Shown here piece after piece: positions 1-11,017 of a stretch of DNA of 64,000 nucleotides. Position 1 is the first letter of the stretch; each line of letters starts with the position of its first letter. A program made the position numbers and the translations under genes. This DNA comes from Escherichia coli (lineage in GTDB: Bacteria > Pseudomonadota > Gammaproteobacteria > Enterobacterales > Enterobacteriaceae), in assembly GCF_009931435.1 (NCBI RefSeq), contig NZ_CP043414.1, one strand, 5' to 3'. The notes under the pieces are model-generated. The model was not told the DNA's origin and made no database searches. It saw nothing but the letters and a program-made list of their open reading frames with translations.

Positions 1-1551
1 CTGTGTGCGATAAGAAAGCGCGGCTGATAACGCTTGTTCCGCCAGATTTCCTCCACCAACGCTACCTGATATTGCATCCCCTGCGGTACCACCACGGTTC
101 AGACCATCGACCTGAATAATCTTAATACCGTCGATAGACTTCATTGGTTCCACAGATTTCTCAATTACCGCAGGGAGCGCCTGCAACAATGCCAGTTTGA
201 ATTTAAGGCTGGTTTGCTCGTCAGAAAGTACGTTGATAGCATCGTTCAGCGCACGTTGCGCTTCTGCTTCCGCCAGGCCTTTTTTACGCGTAGCTTCGGC
301 TAACTCAACGATCGCCGCCGCCTGCATCTCTGCGGCTTCTTTTTCTGCTTTCGCCCGCACGGTCAGTTCAACCGCTTTGGTTTCTGCATCCTGCGCGGCA
401 GCGATTAGGGCAACTTGTTTAGCACGATCGGCTTCTGCGGTCTGGCGAGTGGTTTCTACGTTTTGCTGGGCGCTTACCGCTTCTGCAAGTGCAAGGTTGG
501 CACGCGCTTCCGCTTGTGACTGCTGTTCCGATTTGGCGGCAATAGCGATCGATTTCGTCTGGTTGGCGATTTCGGTGACCTGCTGCTGTTCGATCTCTTT
601 AATGCGAACTTCACGTTCAGCTTCAACTTTTCTGGAACGGACGGCCTGTTCGCGGTCGATTTCCGTTTCCTGAATCTGTCGTTCAGCCAGAATTCGCGTC
701 TGCTCTGCTTCCCGACGACGCTCGGCCTCAAAAGCCGCAATTTTCGCATTCTGCTCAGCGGTACGGGTTTTAACCTGCTGCTCCTGCTCAAGCGTCATAA
801 ACGCTTCTTGCTGTTCAATCTCCAGCTTCCGCGATAGCGCATCACGGTTTTTCTCACGCACCGCAACTTCTACATCTTGTTCAACTTCGTTACGTTCGCG
901 GCGACGGCGCTCCGTCTCCTGCGTCAGCTTGGTTAAACCTTCGGCGTCAAAGGCGTTGTTAGGATTGAAATGTTCTTTCGACGTCTGGTTAAAGTTGGTA
1001 AGTGAAACGCTTTCCAGTTCCAGGCCGTTTTTCGACAGATCTTCAGCAACGGTATTTTGTACGCCCTGCACGAAGTTCTCGCGGGTATCCTGTAACTCAT
1101 GCATGGTCATTTGTGCAGCTGTTGCACGGAGGGCATCGACAAATTTATCTTCAACCAACATACGTAAGTCTTCAGGCGACAGGGTGCGTTGCCCCAGCGT
1201 CTGGGCGGCGGTGGCAATACCTTCCACTGACGGTTTTACCCGCACAAAGAAAGCGACAACGACATCGACGCGCATACGATCTTTCGTAATCAGGCTATCA
1301 ATGGTTGAGCGGCTGACTTCCAGCTTCAGAGTATTCATATTGATGGGGATTATTTCATGAAAGATCGGCATCACGATTGCGCCACCGCTCATTACCACTT
1401 TTTGCCCACCTAAACCAGTACGAACAAAAGCTTGCTCTGCCGAAGCGCGACGATAGAGCCTGGCGAAAATAATTCCAATAATAAACAGAATGCATACGGC
1501 AATAATTGCGGTAAACATCCAGGAGGGCACAGAATTAACAATATCATCCAT
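1..1551 (-). CDS. yqiK: Flotillin/band-7 (SPFH) family inner membrane protein YqiK, partial (C-terminus beyond window start)
   Basis: Minus-strand reading frame starts at ATG 1551 (MDDIVNSVPSW...) with SD aaagga upstream and runs off the window; TM anchor then coiled-coil-rich SPFH-like sequence; follows yqiJ. Confidence 0.8.
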   Translation of the reverse strand, partial: MDDIVNSVPSWMFTAIIAVCILFIIGIIFARLYRRASAEQAFVRTGLGGQKVVMSGGAIVMPIFHEIIPINMNTLKLEVSRSTIDSLITKDRMRVDVVVAFFVRVKPSVEGIATAAQTLGQRTLSPEDLRMLVEDKFVDALRATAAQMTMHELQDTRENFVQGVQNTVAEDLSKNGLELESVSLTNFNQTSKEHFNPNNAFDAEGLTKLTQETERRRRERNEVEQDVEVAVREKNRDALSRKLEIEQQEAFMTLEQEQQVKTRTAEQNAKIAAFEAERRREAEQTRILAERQIQETEIDREQAVRSRKVEAEREVRIKEIEQQQVTEIANQTKSIAIAAKSEQQSQAEARANLALAEAVSAQQNVETTRQTAEADRAKQVALIAAAQDAETKAVELTVRAKAEKEAAEMQAAAIVELAEATRKKGLAEAEAQRALNDAINVLSDEQTSLKFKLALLQALPAVIEKSVEPMKSIDGIKIIQVDGLNRGGTAGDAISGSVGGGNLAEQALSAALSYRTQ

Positions 1552-1577
1552 TATTAAATTTCCTTTTGATTAATAAA

Positions 1578-2207
1578 TTACAATATCTGGGGCCAGGGAT
1601 TGTTTTCCGCCAAATATCGCGTTGCAGAAAGTCGGCAAATAATTAACACTTTGTCTCCTTTAGTGAAAATTTTTCCTTCTTCAGGCTCTAGTAGTAAATA
1701 ATGTATTTGGCCAAATTGATCGGTGAGTTTTCCTTCGCAGGGATTACCTGAAGTGGCCTGATGACCGGTAATGAACGCCATGCTACCAATATATTCTTCT
1801 TCTGTAATAGCTGAACTATGGTCGCGTGGAATCCAGGGCGCAACTATTTTACCGGTATAATGCACCGCAATAATCGTAAACAGTAAACTGACAGGAGCCA
1901 CGAACAGGTTCGAGAGTGGTGATTGCCAAACCATGATGCAGGCATGCTGCAACAGGATGCCAATAAGACCAAAAAAACCAGCCAGTAAACAGAGAACGAC
2001 GAGAGCTGGCAATCTTCCGATATTGAGATAATGAAGTGCCTGGCTAATATGACCTGTGGTTATGGAATCATAATGGTCAAGATGTGCATCAAGAGCACCG
2101 GAGAGCATGTGACCGCAGATAAGCGCAAAAATTTCTAAAAGGCCGATCAACAGTACAAAGGAAATAGCGAAAAGATAAGGGGTGTTATAGTCGGCGAATA
2201 AAATCAT
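1578..2207 (-). CDS. yqiJ: NfeD-like inner membrane protein YqiJ
   Basis: ORF track 209 aa, multi-pass membrane protein; length and position upstream of yqiK match K-12 yqiJ. Confidence 0.8.
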   Translation of the reverse strand: MILFADYNTPYLFAISFVLLIGLLEIFALICGHMLSGALDAHLDHYDSITTGHISQALHYLNIGRLPALVVLCLLAGFFGLIGILLQHACIMVWQSPLSNLFVAPVSLLFTIIAVHYTGKIVAPWIPRDHSSAITEEEYIGSMAFITGHQATSGNPCEGKLTDQFGQIHYLLLEPEEGKIFTKGDKVLIICRLSATRYLAENNPWPQIL

Positions 2208-2475
2208 ATGTCACTCCAATGTCCATTTAGTGACGCAATATTTACTTTAGGATAGTTTCCTTGCTTACATTTATCTTTGTTAATAATAACACATGTTAGA
2301 GAGGTTCTGGAAGAGAAAGTCTTTTAATATGGTTTTTTATTTTTCACTAAAAAGTGTGATCGGGGACAATATATTTACGCACGTTATGTTTAAAGGCACT
2401 ACACTGATTGGGGAATACTGAAATCAGAAAAAGCATATGGCCTTAAAAGGTATGCGATAACCGGAGGATGTGCTT

Positions 2476-2676
2476 ATGGATCATAGTCTTAATTCTTTAA
2501 ATAATTTCGATTTCCTGGCGCGTAGTTTTGCCAGAATGCACGCAGAAGGTCGCCCGGTCGATATTCTAGCCGTTACTGGTAACATGGATGAAGAACATAG
2601 AACCTGGTTTTGCGCACGTTATGCCTGGTATTGCCAACAGATGATGCAAACCAGAGAACTGGAATTAGAACATTGA
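2476..2676 (+). CDS. glgS: GlgS (surface composition/glycogen regulator), 66 aa
   Basis: Translation [66 protein letters not shown] recognised as GlgS; ATG at 2476. Confidence 0.9.
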
Positions 2677-2680
2677 TATT

Positions 2681-2702
2681 ACGGGCCGTCTGGCCCGTTT
2701 TT
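2681..2702. terminator. Bidirectional stem-loop between convergent glgS and ubiK
   Basis: Inverted repeat acgggccgtctggcccgt followed by T-run. Confidence 0.6.
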
Positions 2703-2710
2703 GTGGTGCT

Positions 2711-3010
2711 TTATTCTGCTTTATCAACCGGCGGGATAGCCGGAGGAGATTGAAGTTCTGCTACCGGATTATTGCGCGCTTCCAGTTCGCTGATGCGTTG
2801 TTCCAGTAACGCCAGTTTTTCACGAGTCCGTAACAGGACTTGCGTCTGAACGTCGAATTCTTCGCGGCTTACCAGATCGAGACGCGTCAACTGCGCTTGT
2901 AGGGTTTGGCGGATTTTTTTCTCCACATCTTCCCCGAACTCCCTGATTCCTTTAGGCATTGATTCGTGAACCTGGCGAGCGATTTGCTCAATTTTTTTCG
3001 GGTCAATCAT
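2711..3010 (-). CDS. ubiK: Ubiquinone biosynthesis accessory factor UbiK (YqiC)
   Basis: ORF track frame; likely start [15 protein letters not shown]...; coiled-coil BMFP-type protein; divergent from ribB as in K-12. Confidence 0.8.
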   Translation of the reverse strand: MIDPKKIEQIARQVHESMPKGIREFGEDVEKKIRQTLQAQLTRLDLVSREEFDVQTQVLLRTREKLALLEQRISELEARNNPVAELQSPPAIPPVDKAE

Positions 3011-3129
3011 TGTAGTTTCCCTGTACTGATAGGTGTTGAGTGCCATTGTAGTGCGATAAGGGTAAGTCATAAACCAGAATAATGTGAAGCTATGCGTTGC
3101 TGCCGCTAATCATTAGCGTTATAGTGAAT

Positions 3130-3290
3130 CCGCTTATTCTCAGGGCGGGGCGAAATTCCCCACCGGCGGTAAATCAACTCAGTTGAAAGCCCGCGAGCGC
3201 TTTGGGTGCGAACTCAAAGGACAGCAGATCCGGTGTAATTCCGGGGCCGACGGTTAGAGTCCGGATGGGAGAGAGTAACGATTCTGTCGG
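3130..3290 (+). promoter_or_regulatory. FMN riboswitch (RFN element / SroG) in ribB leader
   Basis: Conserved RFN motifs agggcggggcgaaattccccaccggcggtaaat ... cagcagatccggtgtaattccggggccgacggttagagtccggatgggagag directly upstream of ribB. Confidence 0.8.
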
Positions 3291-3383
3291 GCATGGACCC
3301 GCTCACGTTATTTTGGCTATATGCCGCCACTCCTAAGACTGCCCTGATTCTGGTAACCATAATTTTAGTGAGGTTTTTTTACC

Positions 3384-4037
3384 ATGAATCAGACGCTACT
3401 TTCCTCTTTTGGTACGCCTTTCGAACGTGTTGAAAATGCACTGGCTGCGCTGCGTGAAGGACGCGGTGTAATGGTGCTTGATGATGAAGACCGTGAAAAC
3501 GAAGGCGATATGATCTTCCCGGCAGAAACCATGACCGTTGAGCAGATGGCGCTGACCATTCGCCACGGTAGCGGTATTGTTTGCCTGTGCATCACTGAAG
3601 ATCGCCGTAAACAACTCGATCTGCCAATGATGGTAGAAAATAACACCAGCGCCTATGGCACCGGTTTTACCGTGACCATTGAAGCGGCTGAAGGGGTGAC
3701 TACCGGTGTTTCTGCCGCTGACCGTATTACGACCGTTCGTGCTGCGATTGCCGATGGCGCTAAACCTTCTGATCTGAATCGTCCTGGCCACGTTTTCCCA
3801 CTGCGCGCGCAGGCGGGTGGTGTGCTGACGCGTGGCGGCCATACCGAAGCGACTATTGATCTGATGACGCTGGCAGGCTTTAAACCAGCTGGTGTGTTGT
3901 GTGAGCTGACTAATGACGATGGCACGATGGCGCGTGCGCCAGAGTGCATTGAGTTTGCCAAGAAACACAATATGGCGCTCGTGACTATTGAAGACCTGGT
4001 GGCATACCGTCAGGCACATGAGCGTAAAGCTAGCTGA
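3384..4037 (+). CDS. ribB: 3,4-dihydroxy-2-butanone 4-phosphate synthase
   Basis: ORF track 217 aa; sequence recognised as RibB. Confidence 0.95.
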   Translation: MNQTLLSSFGTPFERVENALAALREGRGVMVLDDEDRENEGDMIFPAETMTVEQMALTIRHGSGIVCLCITEDRRKQLDLPMMVENNTSAYGTGFTVTIEAAEGVTTGVSAADRITTVRAAIADGAKPSDLNRPGHVFPLRAQAGGVLTRGGHTEATIDLMTLAGFKPAGVLCELTNDDGTMARAPECIEFAKKHNMALVTIEDLVAYRQAHERKAS

Positions 4038-4071
4038 AAACCGCTGCTTAATTTACCGCGTTAATCAAGAA

Positions 4072-4104
4072 ACCGAAGCTATTACTGGCTTCGGTTTTTA
4101 TTTT
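4072..4104 (+). terminator. ribB intrinsic terminator
   Basis: Hairpin accgaagct...ggcttcggt followed by tttttatttt. Confidence 0.7.
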
Positions 4105-4299
4105 GCTCTTGTTATGCAAGATGTTAATTCCTCTTCTCTTTCTATGAGAAAATTTCATTAATATCAGGCATTCTTTTCCATTATGATCAAAATCATATAA
4201 TTGTTCCGTTATTATGCGACCATATGAATATATCCGAAAAAGGATATGTGAATTTTATGCGCTAAATGTTTAGTATTGTTAAATATTAAGGGTAAAAGG

Positions 4300-4470
4300 A
4301 TGTTTATCGCCTGGTACTGGATTGTATTGATTGCTCTGGTTGTGGTGGGTTATTTACTGCATTTGAAACGTTATTGTCGGGCGTTTCGTCAGGACAGAGA
4401 CGCACTGCTTGAAGCGCGGAATAAATACTTAAACAGTACGAGAGAAGAGACAGCCGAGAAGGTAGAATAG
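4300..4470 (+). CDS. Candidate small single-pass membrane protein (56 aa)
   Basis: ATG at 4300 preceded by SD aaaagga; hydrophobic helix FIAWYWIVLIALVVVGYLL followed by charged tail; terminator-like hairpin 4487..4517 downstream. Confidence 0.45.
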   Translation: MFIAWYWIVLIALVVVGYLLHLKRYCRAFRQDRDALLEARNKYLNSTREETAEKVE

Positions 4471-4527
4471 GGCTTTAGTGAAGCTGGCAGAAGTTGTCCA
4501 TGCGCTGGACAACTTCTGATGTTGCTT

Positions 4528-5301
4528 TTAACCAATTCCCGCCGTTTGTAGTAGCACTAAACTGAATCCCATCACTGACATTCCACATAGCACGCCATAG
4601 CTGGGGTTATTATTGGGGTCAATCTCTTTAGCTAGCGGCATTAATTCATCAACCGAGAGCGCCACCATAATTCCTGCAACCGCCGCCATGATTGCCGCCA
4701 TGACCACCGGAGAAATCATGCTACCGAGGATTAACCACGCCAGAACACCACCAAGAATTTCTGCCAGCCCAGAAATGCCCGCCCACAAAATTGCGGTGCG
4801 TTTTGACCCCGTTGCCGCGTAAACCGGCCCCGCAACTGCCAGACCTTCAGGAATATTATGCAATGCAACAGCCAGCGCGATGCCAAAGCCCAGCTCCAGG
4901 TTACTGCTCGCCGTGACAAAGGTGGCAATGCCTTCCGGGAAGTTATGCAGACTGATGCCGAGAGTGAGCAGAATGGCTGTGCGCTTGATCGATTTTGGCA
5001 ACGGCTGCACCGATTTTTGCATTAAATCCTGCGGATGCGCATGTGGCAACATGCGGTCCAGACCAAAATAGCCAAGCAGACCGAAGATAAACATTCCATA
5101 ACCCAGCACAGGCGACATTCCTTCGGCGGCTAATGCGGCAGGAAGCATTTCCATTAATGAGATGAGCAACATAATCCCCGCCGCAAATCCTAGCGAAAAC
5201 GCCAGTAAGCGGTTCGAGGGTTTTTGTCCGAGAACGCCGAGAAACGCGCCAATAAACGTGGCTGCCCCCGCCAGTATGGTCAGAATGAGAGGTACTGACA
5301 T
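4528..5301 (-). CDS. zupT: Zinc transporter ZupT (ZIP family), 257 aa
   Basis: ORF track frame; start chosen at [12 protein letters not shown]; processed length matches K-12 ZupT. Confidence 0.9.
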
Positions 5302-5443
5302 CGACAACTCCTTATAAATCTTTACCTTCAGGCAGATCGTCAAAATAACTGATGATCATCATCATTGTTATCCGGGTTCTTACTCCGCCGAACAAGCGTA
5401 TTGTGAGGATATCAAAATGACACCTTTAGTTAAGGATATCATC

Positions 5444-6232
5444 ATGTCTTCAACACGTATGCCAGCATTGTTTTTAGGTCACGGTAGTCCGATGAACGTG
5501 CTGGAAGATAATTTGTATACCCGCAGCTGGCAGAAGTTGGGGATGACATTGCCACGCCCGCAAGCGATTGTGGTGGTTTCGGCTCACTGGTTTACCCGTG
5601 GAACAGGAGTGACCGCGATGGAGACGCCGCCCACGATTCATGATTTTGGCGGTTTTCCGCAGGCGCTGTACGACACCCATTATCCTGCTCCGGGTTCGCC
5701 TGCGCTGGCACAGCGTCTGGTTGAGCTGTTAGCGCCGGTCCCTGTGACGCTGGATAAAGAAGCCTGGGGCTTTGACCACGGTTCCTGGGGCGTGCTGATT
5801 AAGATGTATCCTGACGCCGATATCCCGATGGTGCAGTTGAGTATCGACAGTACCAAACCTGCCGCCTGGCACTTTGAGATGGGGCGTAAACTGGCGGCTC
5901 TGCGAGACGAAGGAATAATGTTGGTCGCCAGCGGTAACGTGGTGCATAACCTGCGTACGGTGAAGTGGCACGGTGATAGTTCACCGTATCCGTGGGCGAC
6001 GTCATTTAATGAGTATGTGAAAGCGAATCTGACGTGGCAAGGACCGGTAGAGCAGCATCCTCTGGTGAATTATCTCGACCATGAAGGTGGCGCGTTATCG
6101 AACCCAACGCCAGAGCACTATCTGCCGTTGTTGTATGTCTTAGGTGCGTGGGATGGGCAGGAGCCAATTACCATTCCGGTCGATGGTATAGAAATGGGCA
6201 GTTTAAGTATGTTGTCGGTGCAGATAGGCTAA
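5444..6232 (+). CDS. ygiD: 4,5-DOPA dioxygenase extradiol-like protein YgiD
   Basis: ORF track frame (5417..6232); start chosen at MSSTRMPALFLGHGSP (262 aa); alternative start at 5417. Confidence 0.85.
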   Translation: MSSTRMPALFLGHGSPMNVLEDNLYTRSWQKLGMTLPRPQAIVVVSAHWFTRGTGVTAMETPPTIHDFGGFPQALYDTHYPAPGSPALAQRLVELLAPVPVTLDKEAWGFDHGSWGVLIKMYPDADIPMVQLSIDSTKPAAWHFEMGRKLAALRDEGIMLVASGNVVHNLRTVKWHGDSSPYPWATSFNEYVKANLTWQGPVEQHPLVNYLDHEGGALSNPTPEHYLPLLYVLGAWDGQEPITIPVDGIEMGSLSMLSVQIG

Positions 6233-6269
6233 TAATTACCGGATGGCGAGTGCCATCCGGTATCATGGC

Positions 6270-7430
6270 TTATTCAACAAAAATATGTGGATAAAACCGA
6301 GACATATCCTGGGTGATCAATGCACGGTCTTCACGAATGCCAATTCCGGCAGGTTGATCGTTCACCAGCCAGCTACCAATCAGCATATAGCTATCGCCGA
6401 ATTTCGGTAACGGGTGGAATTGCTGAACAATCATCCCTTCTTCGCCATACGGACCTTCTGCTGCTTCAATGGTTTTGCCGTTCTCAATGATCGACACGTT
6501 TGCGCCTTCACGGGAGAAGATCGGTTTAACCACATATTTTTCCATTTGCGGATGATCATCTTCCGCAAAATAAGCGGGCAACAGGTTTGGGTGATTCGGG
6601 AACATCTCCCACAGCAGCGGTAGAAGCGCCTTGTTGGAGATAATGCTCTTCCACGCCGGTTCCAGCCAGCGTACGCCTGCATCCTCCAGCTTGGTTGAGA
6701 ACATCTCACGCAGCATAAATTCCCACGGATACAGCTTGAACAGGTTGGAAATCACCTGATCCTGTAAATCCGTGAACTGACCTTTTTCGCCTAAACCGAT
6801 ATCGTCGATGTAGAGGAATTCGGTAGCGATTTCAGCTTCGGTTGCGCAGTCCTGCAAATATTGAATGGTGCCGCGATCTTCCACTGTATCGCGACAGCAG
6901 GTGAGATGTAGCAATTGGAAGCCGAACTGCTCACGCAGCTCGACAAAGCGATCAATAAGCTTTTCTTGCAGACTGTTAAACTGGTCGCTGCCTTCCGGCA
7001 GGTTACCGGCGTTAAGCTGATCTTCCAGCCAGATCCACTGAAAGAATGCGGCTTCATACAGTGACGTTGGCGTATCGGCGTTATTTTCCAGAAGTTTAGG
7101 TTCGCCAGTACCATCCCACGCCAGATCAAGACGCGAATAAAGCGATGGCTGGTGAGTCAGCCATGACTGGCGCACAAAACTCCAGGTGTGTTTTGGAATG
7201 CGGAATTTGGTCATCAGCTCATCGCTGGCGATCACTTTTTCAACCACTTTCAGGCACATCTGGTGCAGTTCGGCGGTGACTTCTTCCAGCTTTTCAACCT
7301 GGGCGAGGGTCAACTTGTAGTAAGCATCTTCACACCAGTACGGTTCGCCGTACATGGTGTGAAAATTGAAACCGTATTCGTGGGCTTTTTCGCGCCAGTC
7401 CGGGCGCTCGGTAATACTGACTCTTTCCAT
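6270..7430 (-). CDS. ygiC: Glutathionylspermidine synthase-like protein YgiC
   Basis: ORF track 386 aa; paralogous to the Gss synthetase domain; in tolC-ygiBC operon context. Confidence 0.9.
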   Translation of the reverse strand: MERVSITERPDWREKAHEYGFNFHTMYGEPYWCEDAYYKLTLAQVEKLEEVTAELHQMCLKVVEKVIASDELMTKFRIPKHTWSFVRQSWLTHQPSLYSRLDLAWDGTGEPKLLENNADTPTSLYEAAFFQWIWLEDQLNAGNLPEGSDQFNSLQEKLIDRFVELREQFGFQLLHLTCCRDTVEDRGTIQYLQDCATEAEIATEFLYIDDIGLGEKGQFTDLQDQVISNLFKLYPWEFMLREMFSTKLEDAGVRWLEPAWKSIISNKALLPLLWEMFPNHPNLLPAYFAEDDHPQMEKYVVKPIFSREGANVSIIENGKTIEAAEGPYGEEGMIVQQFHPLPKFGDSYMLIGSWLVNDQPAGIGIREDRALITQDMSRFYPHIFVE

Positions 7431-7435
7431 CGGTA

Positions 7436-8107
7436 TCAGCCACCCATTGAACGAGAAGAGGTGCCAGTTGCGCTACGCTGCATGGTGCTTTGTTTGGCAA
7501 CAGATTCACCAAAGCCACCGCGGGTAACGGTAGTGGTGGTCGCCGGTTTTGGTGCCATGGCTGTCTTCGGTACGGTCATGGTGCGGCCTGGCTGAGCTGC
7601 GCCATAGTTTTTACCGGTGGCATCAGTATATTTACCGTAAGCCGGGCTGGCTGGGTTTTTCGAGGAGAACAGCGGTTGTTGTGCAAAGCCCGCGCCGCCG
7701 CCCATCAAACGTCCCATCATGTAACCTGCCATCAGCGGCATCCAGAAACTCCCGCTGGATTGCTGGGCCTGCGCCTGATTTTCAGGTGCCATGCCAGCCT
7801 GGGCTGGTGCCTGCTGGCACTGACCTTCACCAAATTCGGCAACACAGTCTTCACGTGTGGCGTATTTCGGCGCAGTACGTTCGGCTTCTTTCAGCGCATT
7901 GTTATACGCAGTGGTACATTCTGCGCTTTTGCCTGGGTTTGCGGCTGAGCAGTCATCAGCATTTTGATACAGAGACACTGTCTCATCACTCTTTTCACAG
8001 CCTGCCAGCATAAAAACAGTGGCAACAGCAAGAGCGACAGGTGTCAGATGGCGTGCGCTCCAGTTTTTGCGGAACGATGCGTGGCGTATGGATTTTGTCC
8101 GTTTCAT
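7436..8107 (-). CDS. ygiB: UPF0441 protein YgiB (lipoprotein-like)
   Basis: ORF track frame; start chosen at [12 protein letters not shown] (223 aa); signal peptide with LAGC lipobox. Confidence 0.85.
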
Positions 8108-8227
8108 TTTTGTCTTCCGGGACCAGTGGTAAATACCCATCAGAATAGAGGATGGCTGGTCGAAATTGAAGCGGGAAGGGGGAAGAATGCGGCAGATAAC
8201 CCGTATCTTTACGTTGCCTTACGTTCA

Positions 8228-8250
8228 GACGGGGCCGAAGCCCCGTCGTC
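8228..8250 (-). terminator. Stem-loop downstream of tolC (possible attenuator before ygiBC)
   Basis: Inverted repeat gacggggccgaagccccgtc just 3' of the tolC stop on the minus strand. Confidence 0.5.
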
Positions 8251-8254
8251 AGCA

Positions 8255-9736
8255 TCAGTTACGGAAAGGGTTATGACCGTTACTGGTAGTCGTGCGTGCG
8301 GATGCTTGCTGAACGGCTGGGGCTGGGCTATCTGGTGCATAACCATCAGCAATAGCATTTTGTTCTGGCGTTTGCGGCGCAACGTTTTCTGGATTAGTGG
8401 AAACCGGTTTGCTCAGCGCATTGTTCAGTGCCAGCAGATCCTGCTCGTTCAACGTACCCAGAGCTGATTTAATATTCAACTGGTTAATCAGGTAGTTATA
8501 ACGCGCATTCGCCAACTCTTGCTTGGCGTTGTACAGCGTGGTGGTCGCATCCAACACATCAACAATGGTACGCGTACCGACCGAGTAGCCCGCTTCCATC
8601 GCGTCTAATGAGCTTTGAGCGGAAACTACGGCTTGTTTGTAGGCGTTAATGCTACTGATAGAAGCATTAATGTTGTTGAATGAGGAACGTACGGTTTGCA
8701 CGACGCTACGATGGGCGCTTTCCAGTTGCTCACTGGCACCAACAAAGTTGTACTGGGCCTGTTTCACCTGCGAGTTAACCATTCCGCCCTGATAAATCGG
8801 CAGCGAGAAGCTCAGGCCAACTTTGTTCTGGCCCATATTGCTATCGTCATACTGGGTACCAGCGGCACCACGGGTTTTCGAACCGCTATATGAGGTGTCA
8901 GAAATCCCGGTAGAAGCCGTTAAATCCAGAGTCGGTAAGTGACCATCCTGCGCCTGGCGAATTTGCTCGCGCGCCAGGTCTTGGCTCAAGCGTGCCTGTA
9001 ACAGCGACAGGTTGCGTTTTTCGGCTTCTTTCAGCAGCGCGTTAACCGGCTGCGGTTTGTCGGTTTTAAAGTTTTCGACATTCAGCGCCGCCAGTTCCGG
9101 ATAATAGTTACCGGTGATCTGACGCAGTTGCTCTACAGCGTTATCGAGGTTATTACGTGCGGTCACTTCATTCGCCAGCACGGTATCGTACTGTGCACGG
9201 GCGTTCTGCACGTCGGTGATCGCCACCAGGCCCACGTTAAAACGTTGAGTGGTTTGATCTAACTGACGGTAGATCGCTTCTTTTTGCGCCTGTGTATAGG
9301 AAAGAACGTCAATCGCATTCAACACGTTGAAATAAGCGGTCGCGGTGTTGAGGATCAAGGTTTGTTGATCGGTCTGATACGTGACGTCCTGAATACCCGC
9401 TGCTTTTTCCTGTAGCGTTAACGCACGCCATTTTGACATATCAAAAATGGATTGAGTTAACTGCAGGGACGCACTGGTCGCGTTAGAGTTGATGCCGTTC
9501 GCGTCGCGGTAGCCGTTGCTATAGGTGTAATCTGCACCTAAACCTAGCTGTGGCAGTAATGGACTGCGCGCTTCATTAATTTTTTCAAAGGCAGCATCAC
9601 GATCGGCGGCAGACTTACGCAATTCCGGGTTACTAAGGCGTGCTTGCTGATAAACTTGCATCAGGTTCTCGGCCTGGCTCAACGTACTGAACCCAGAAAG
9701 GCTCAGGCCGATAAGAATGGGGAGCAATTTCTTCAT
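8255..9736 (-). CDS. tolC: Outer membrane efflux channel TolC, 493 aa precursor
   Basis: ORF track frame; start at MKKLLPILIGLSLSGF; sequence recognised as TolC. Confidence 0.95.
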   Translation of the reverse strand: MKKLLPILIGLSLSGFSTLSQAENLMQVYQQARLSNPELRKSAADRDAAFEKINEARSPLLPQLGLGADYTYSNGYRDANGINSNATSASLQLTQSIFDMSKWRALTLQEKAAGIQDVTYQTDQQTLILNTATAYFNVLNAIDVLSYTQAQKEAIYRQLDQTTQRFNVGLVAITDVQNARAQYDTVLANEVTARNNLDNAVEQLRQITGNYYPELAALNVENFKTDKPQPVNALLKEAEKRNLSLLQARLSQDLAREQIRQAQDGHLPTLDLTASTGISDTSYSGSKTRGAAGTQYDDSNMGQNKVGLSFSLPIYQGGMVNSQVKQAQYNFVGASEQLESAHRSVVQTVRSSFNNINASISSINAYKQAVVSAQSSLDAMEAGYSVGTRTIVDVLDATTTLYNAKQELANARYNYLINQLNIKSALGTLNEQDLLALNNALSKPVSTNPENVAPQTPEQNAIADGYAPDSPAPAVQQASARTTTSNGHNPFRN

Positions 9737-9940
9737 TTGCATTCCTTGTGGTGAAGCAGTATTTAGCGCGATCAAACTGTAAAATTATTGCGGATTCTAG
9801 CAGAAGCCGCTACCGCAAAAGGTTGGCGTTACGTGCCATAGGGCGTTAATGTGCCTCAATTTAACACATGACTGCTCAAACGGCAGTCAAACGTCGCTGA
9901 AATTCACATTTAATTCACTATTAGTGCCAGGACATTAACA

Positions 9941-10570
9941 ATGCTTAAGCCAGACAACCTGCCCGTTACTTTTGGCAAAAACGATGTTGAAATTATTGCA
10001 CGAGAAACACTTTATCGCGGCTTTTTTTCATTAGATCTTTATAGATTTCGTCATCGTCTATTCAACGGGCAAATGAGTCGTGAGGTACGGCGGGAAATTT
10101 TTGAGCGCGGTCACGCCGCAGTCTTGCTACCCTTTGACCCAGTGCGCGATGAAGTTGTGCTGATTGAGCAGATTCGGATTGCCGCGTATGACACCAGCGA
10201 AACCCCCTGGCTACTGGAGATGGTGGCCGGGATGATTGAAGAGGGTGAAAGTGTGGAAGATGTCGCCCGTCGCGAAGCGATTGAAGAGGCGGGACTGATA
10301 GTCAAACGGACCAAACCGGTGTTAAGTTTCCTGGCAAGCCCTGGGGGCACCAGTGAGCGTTCGTCAATTATGGTGGGCGAAGTGGACGCCACGACCGCAA
10401 GCGGTATTCACGGTCTGGCTGATGAAAACGAAGATATTCGCGTTCATGTGGTAAGCCGGGAACAGGCATACCAATGGGTAGAAGAGGGGAAAATCGACAA
10501 CGCAGCGTCGGTCATCGCTTTGCAATGGCTGCAGCTGCATCATCAAGCGTTAAAAAATGAGTGGGCATAA
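9941..10570 (+). CDS. nudF: ADP-ribose pyrophosphatase (Nudix)
   Basis: ORF track 209 aa; Nudix box region [22 protein letters not shown]. Confidence 0.9.
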
Positions 10571-10993
10571 ATGAAGCGTTACACACCTGACTTTCCTGAA
10601 ATGATGCGCCTGTGCGAGATGAACTTTTCACAATTGCGGCGTTTGTTACCGCGCAATGACGCACCCGGCGAAACTGTAAGCTATCAGGTGGCAAACGCAC
10701 AATATCGGCTAACGATTGTGGAATCGACCCGATACACTACCCTGGTGACAATCGAACAGACTGCGCCCGCGATCAGTTACTGGAGCCTTCCGTCAATGAC
10801 GGTGCGTCTGTATCATGACGCGATGGTGGCTGAAGTGTGTTCAAGTCAGCAGATTTTTCGCTTCAAAGCGCGGTATGATTATCCTAATAAAAAGTTGCAT
10901 CAACGCGACGAAAAGCATCAAATTAACCAGTTTTTAGCGGACTGGTTGCGATACTGTTTAGCACATGGAGCGATGGCGATTCCGGTTTATTAG
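10571..10993 (+). CDS. yqiB: DUF1249 protein YqiB
   Basis: ORF track 140 aa; immediately follows nudF as in K-12. Confidence 0.85.
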
Positions 10994-11017
10994 CGTCGTG
11001 AAACCTAAGGACACCAT

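Noticed and set aside
197-1360. Plus-strand ORFs 197..673 and 929..1360 at the window start
   Set aside because: They lie antisense to the yqiK coding frame, which runs from 1551 leftwards; Ala/Ser/Arg-rich low-complexity translations
7995-8255. 86 aa minus-strand ORF between tolC and ygiB (ygiA-like)
   Set aside because: Overlaps the ygiB start and the tolC 3' hairpin, no SD, no family resemblance; more likely the tolC-ygiB intergenic region with an attenuator-like stem-loop
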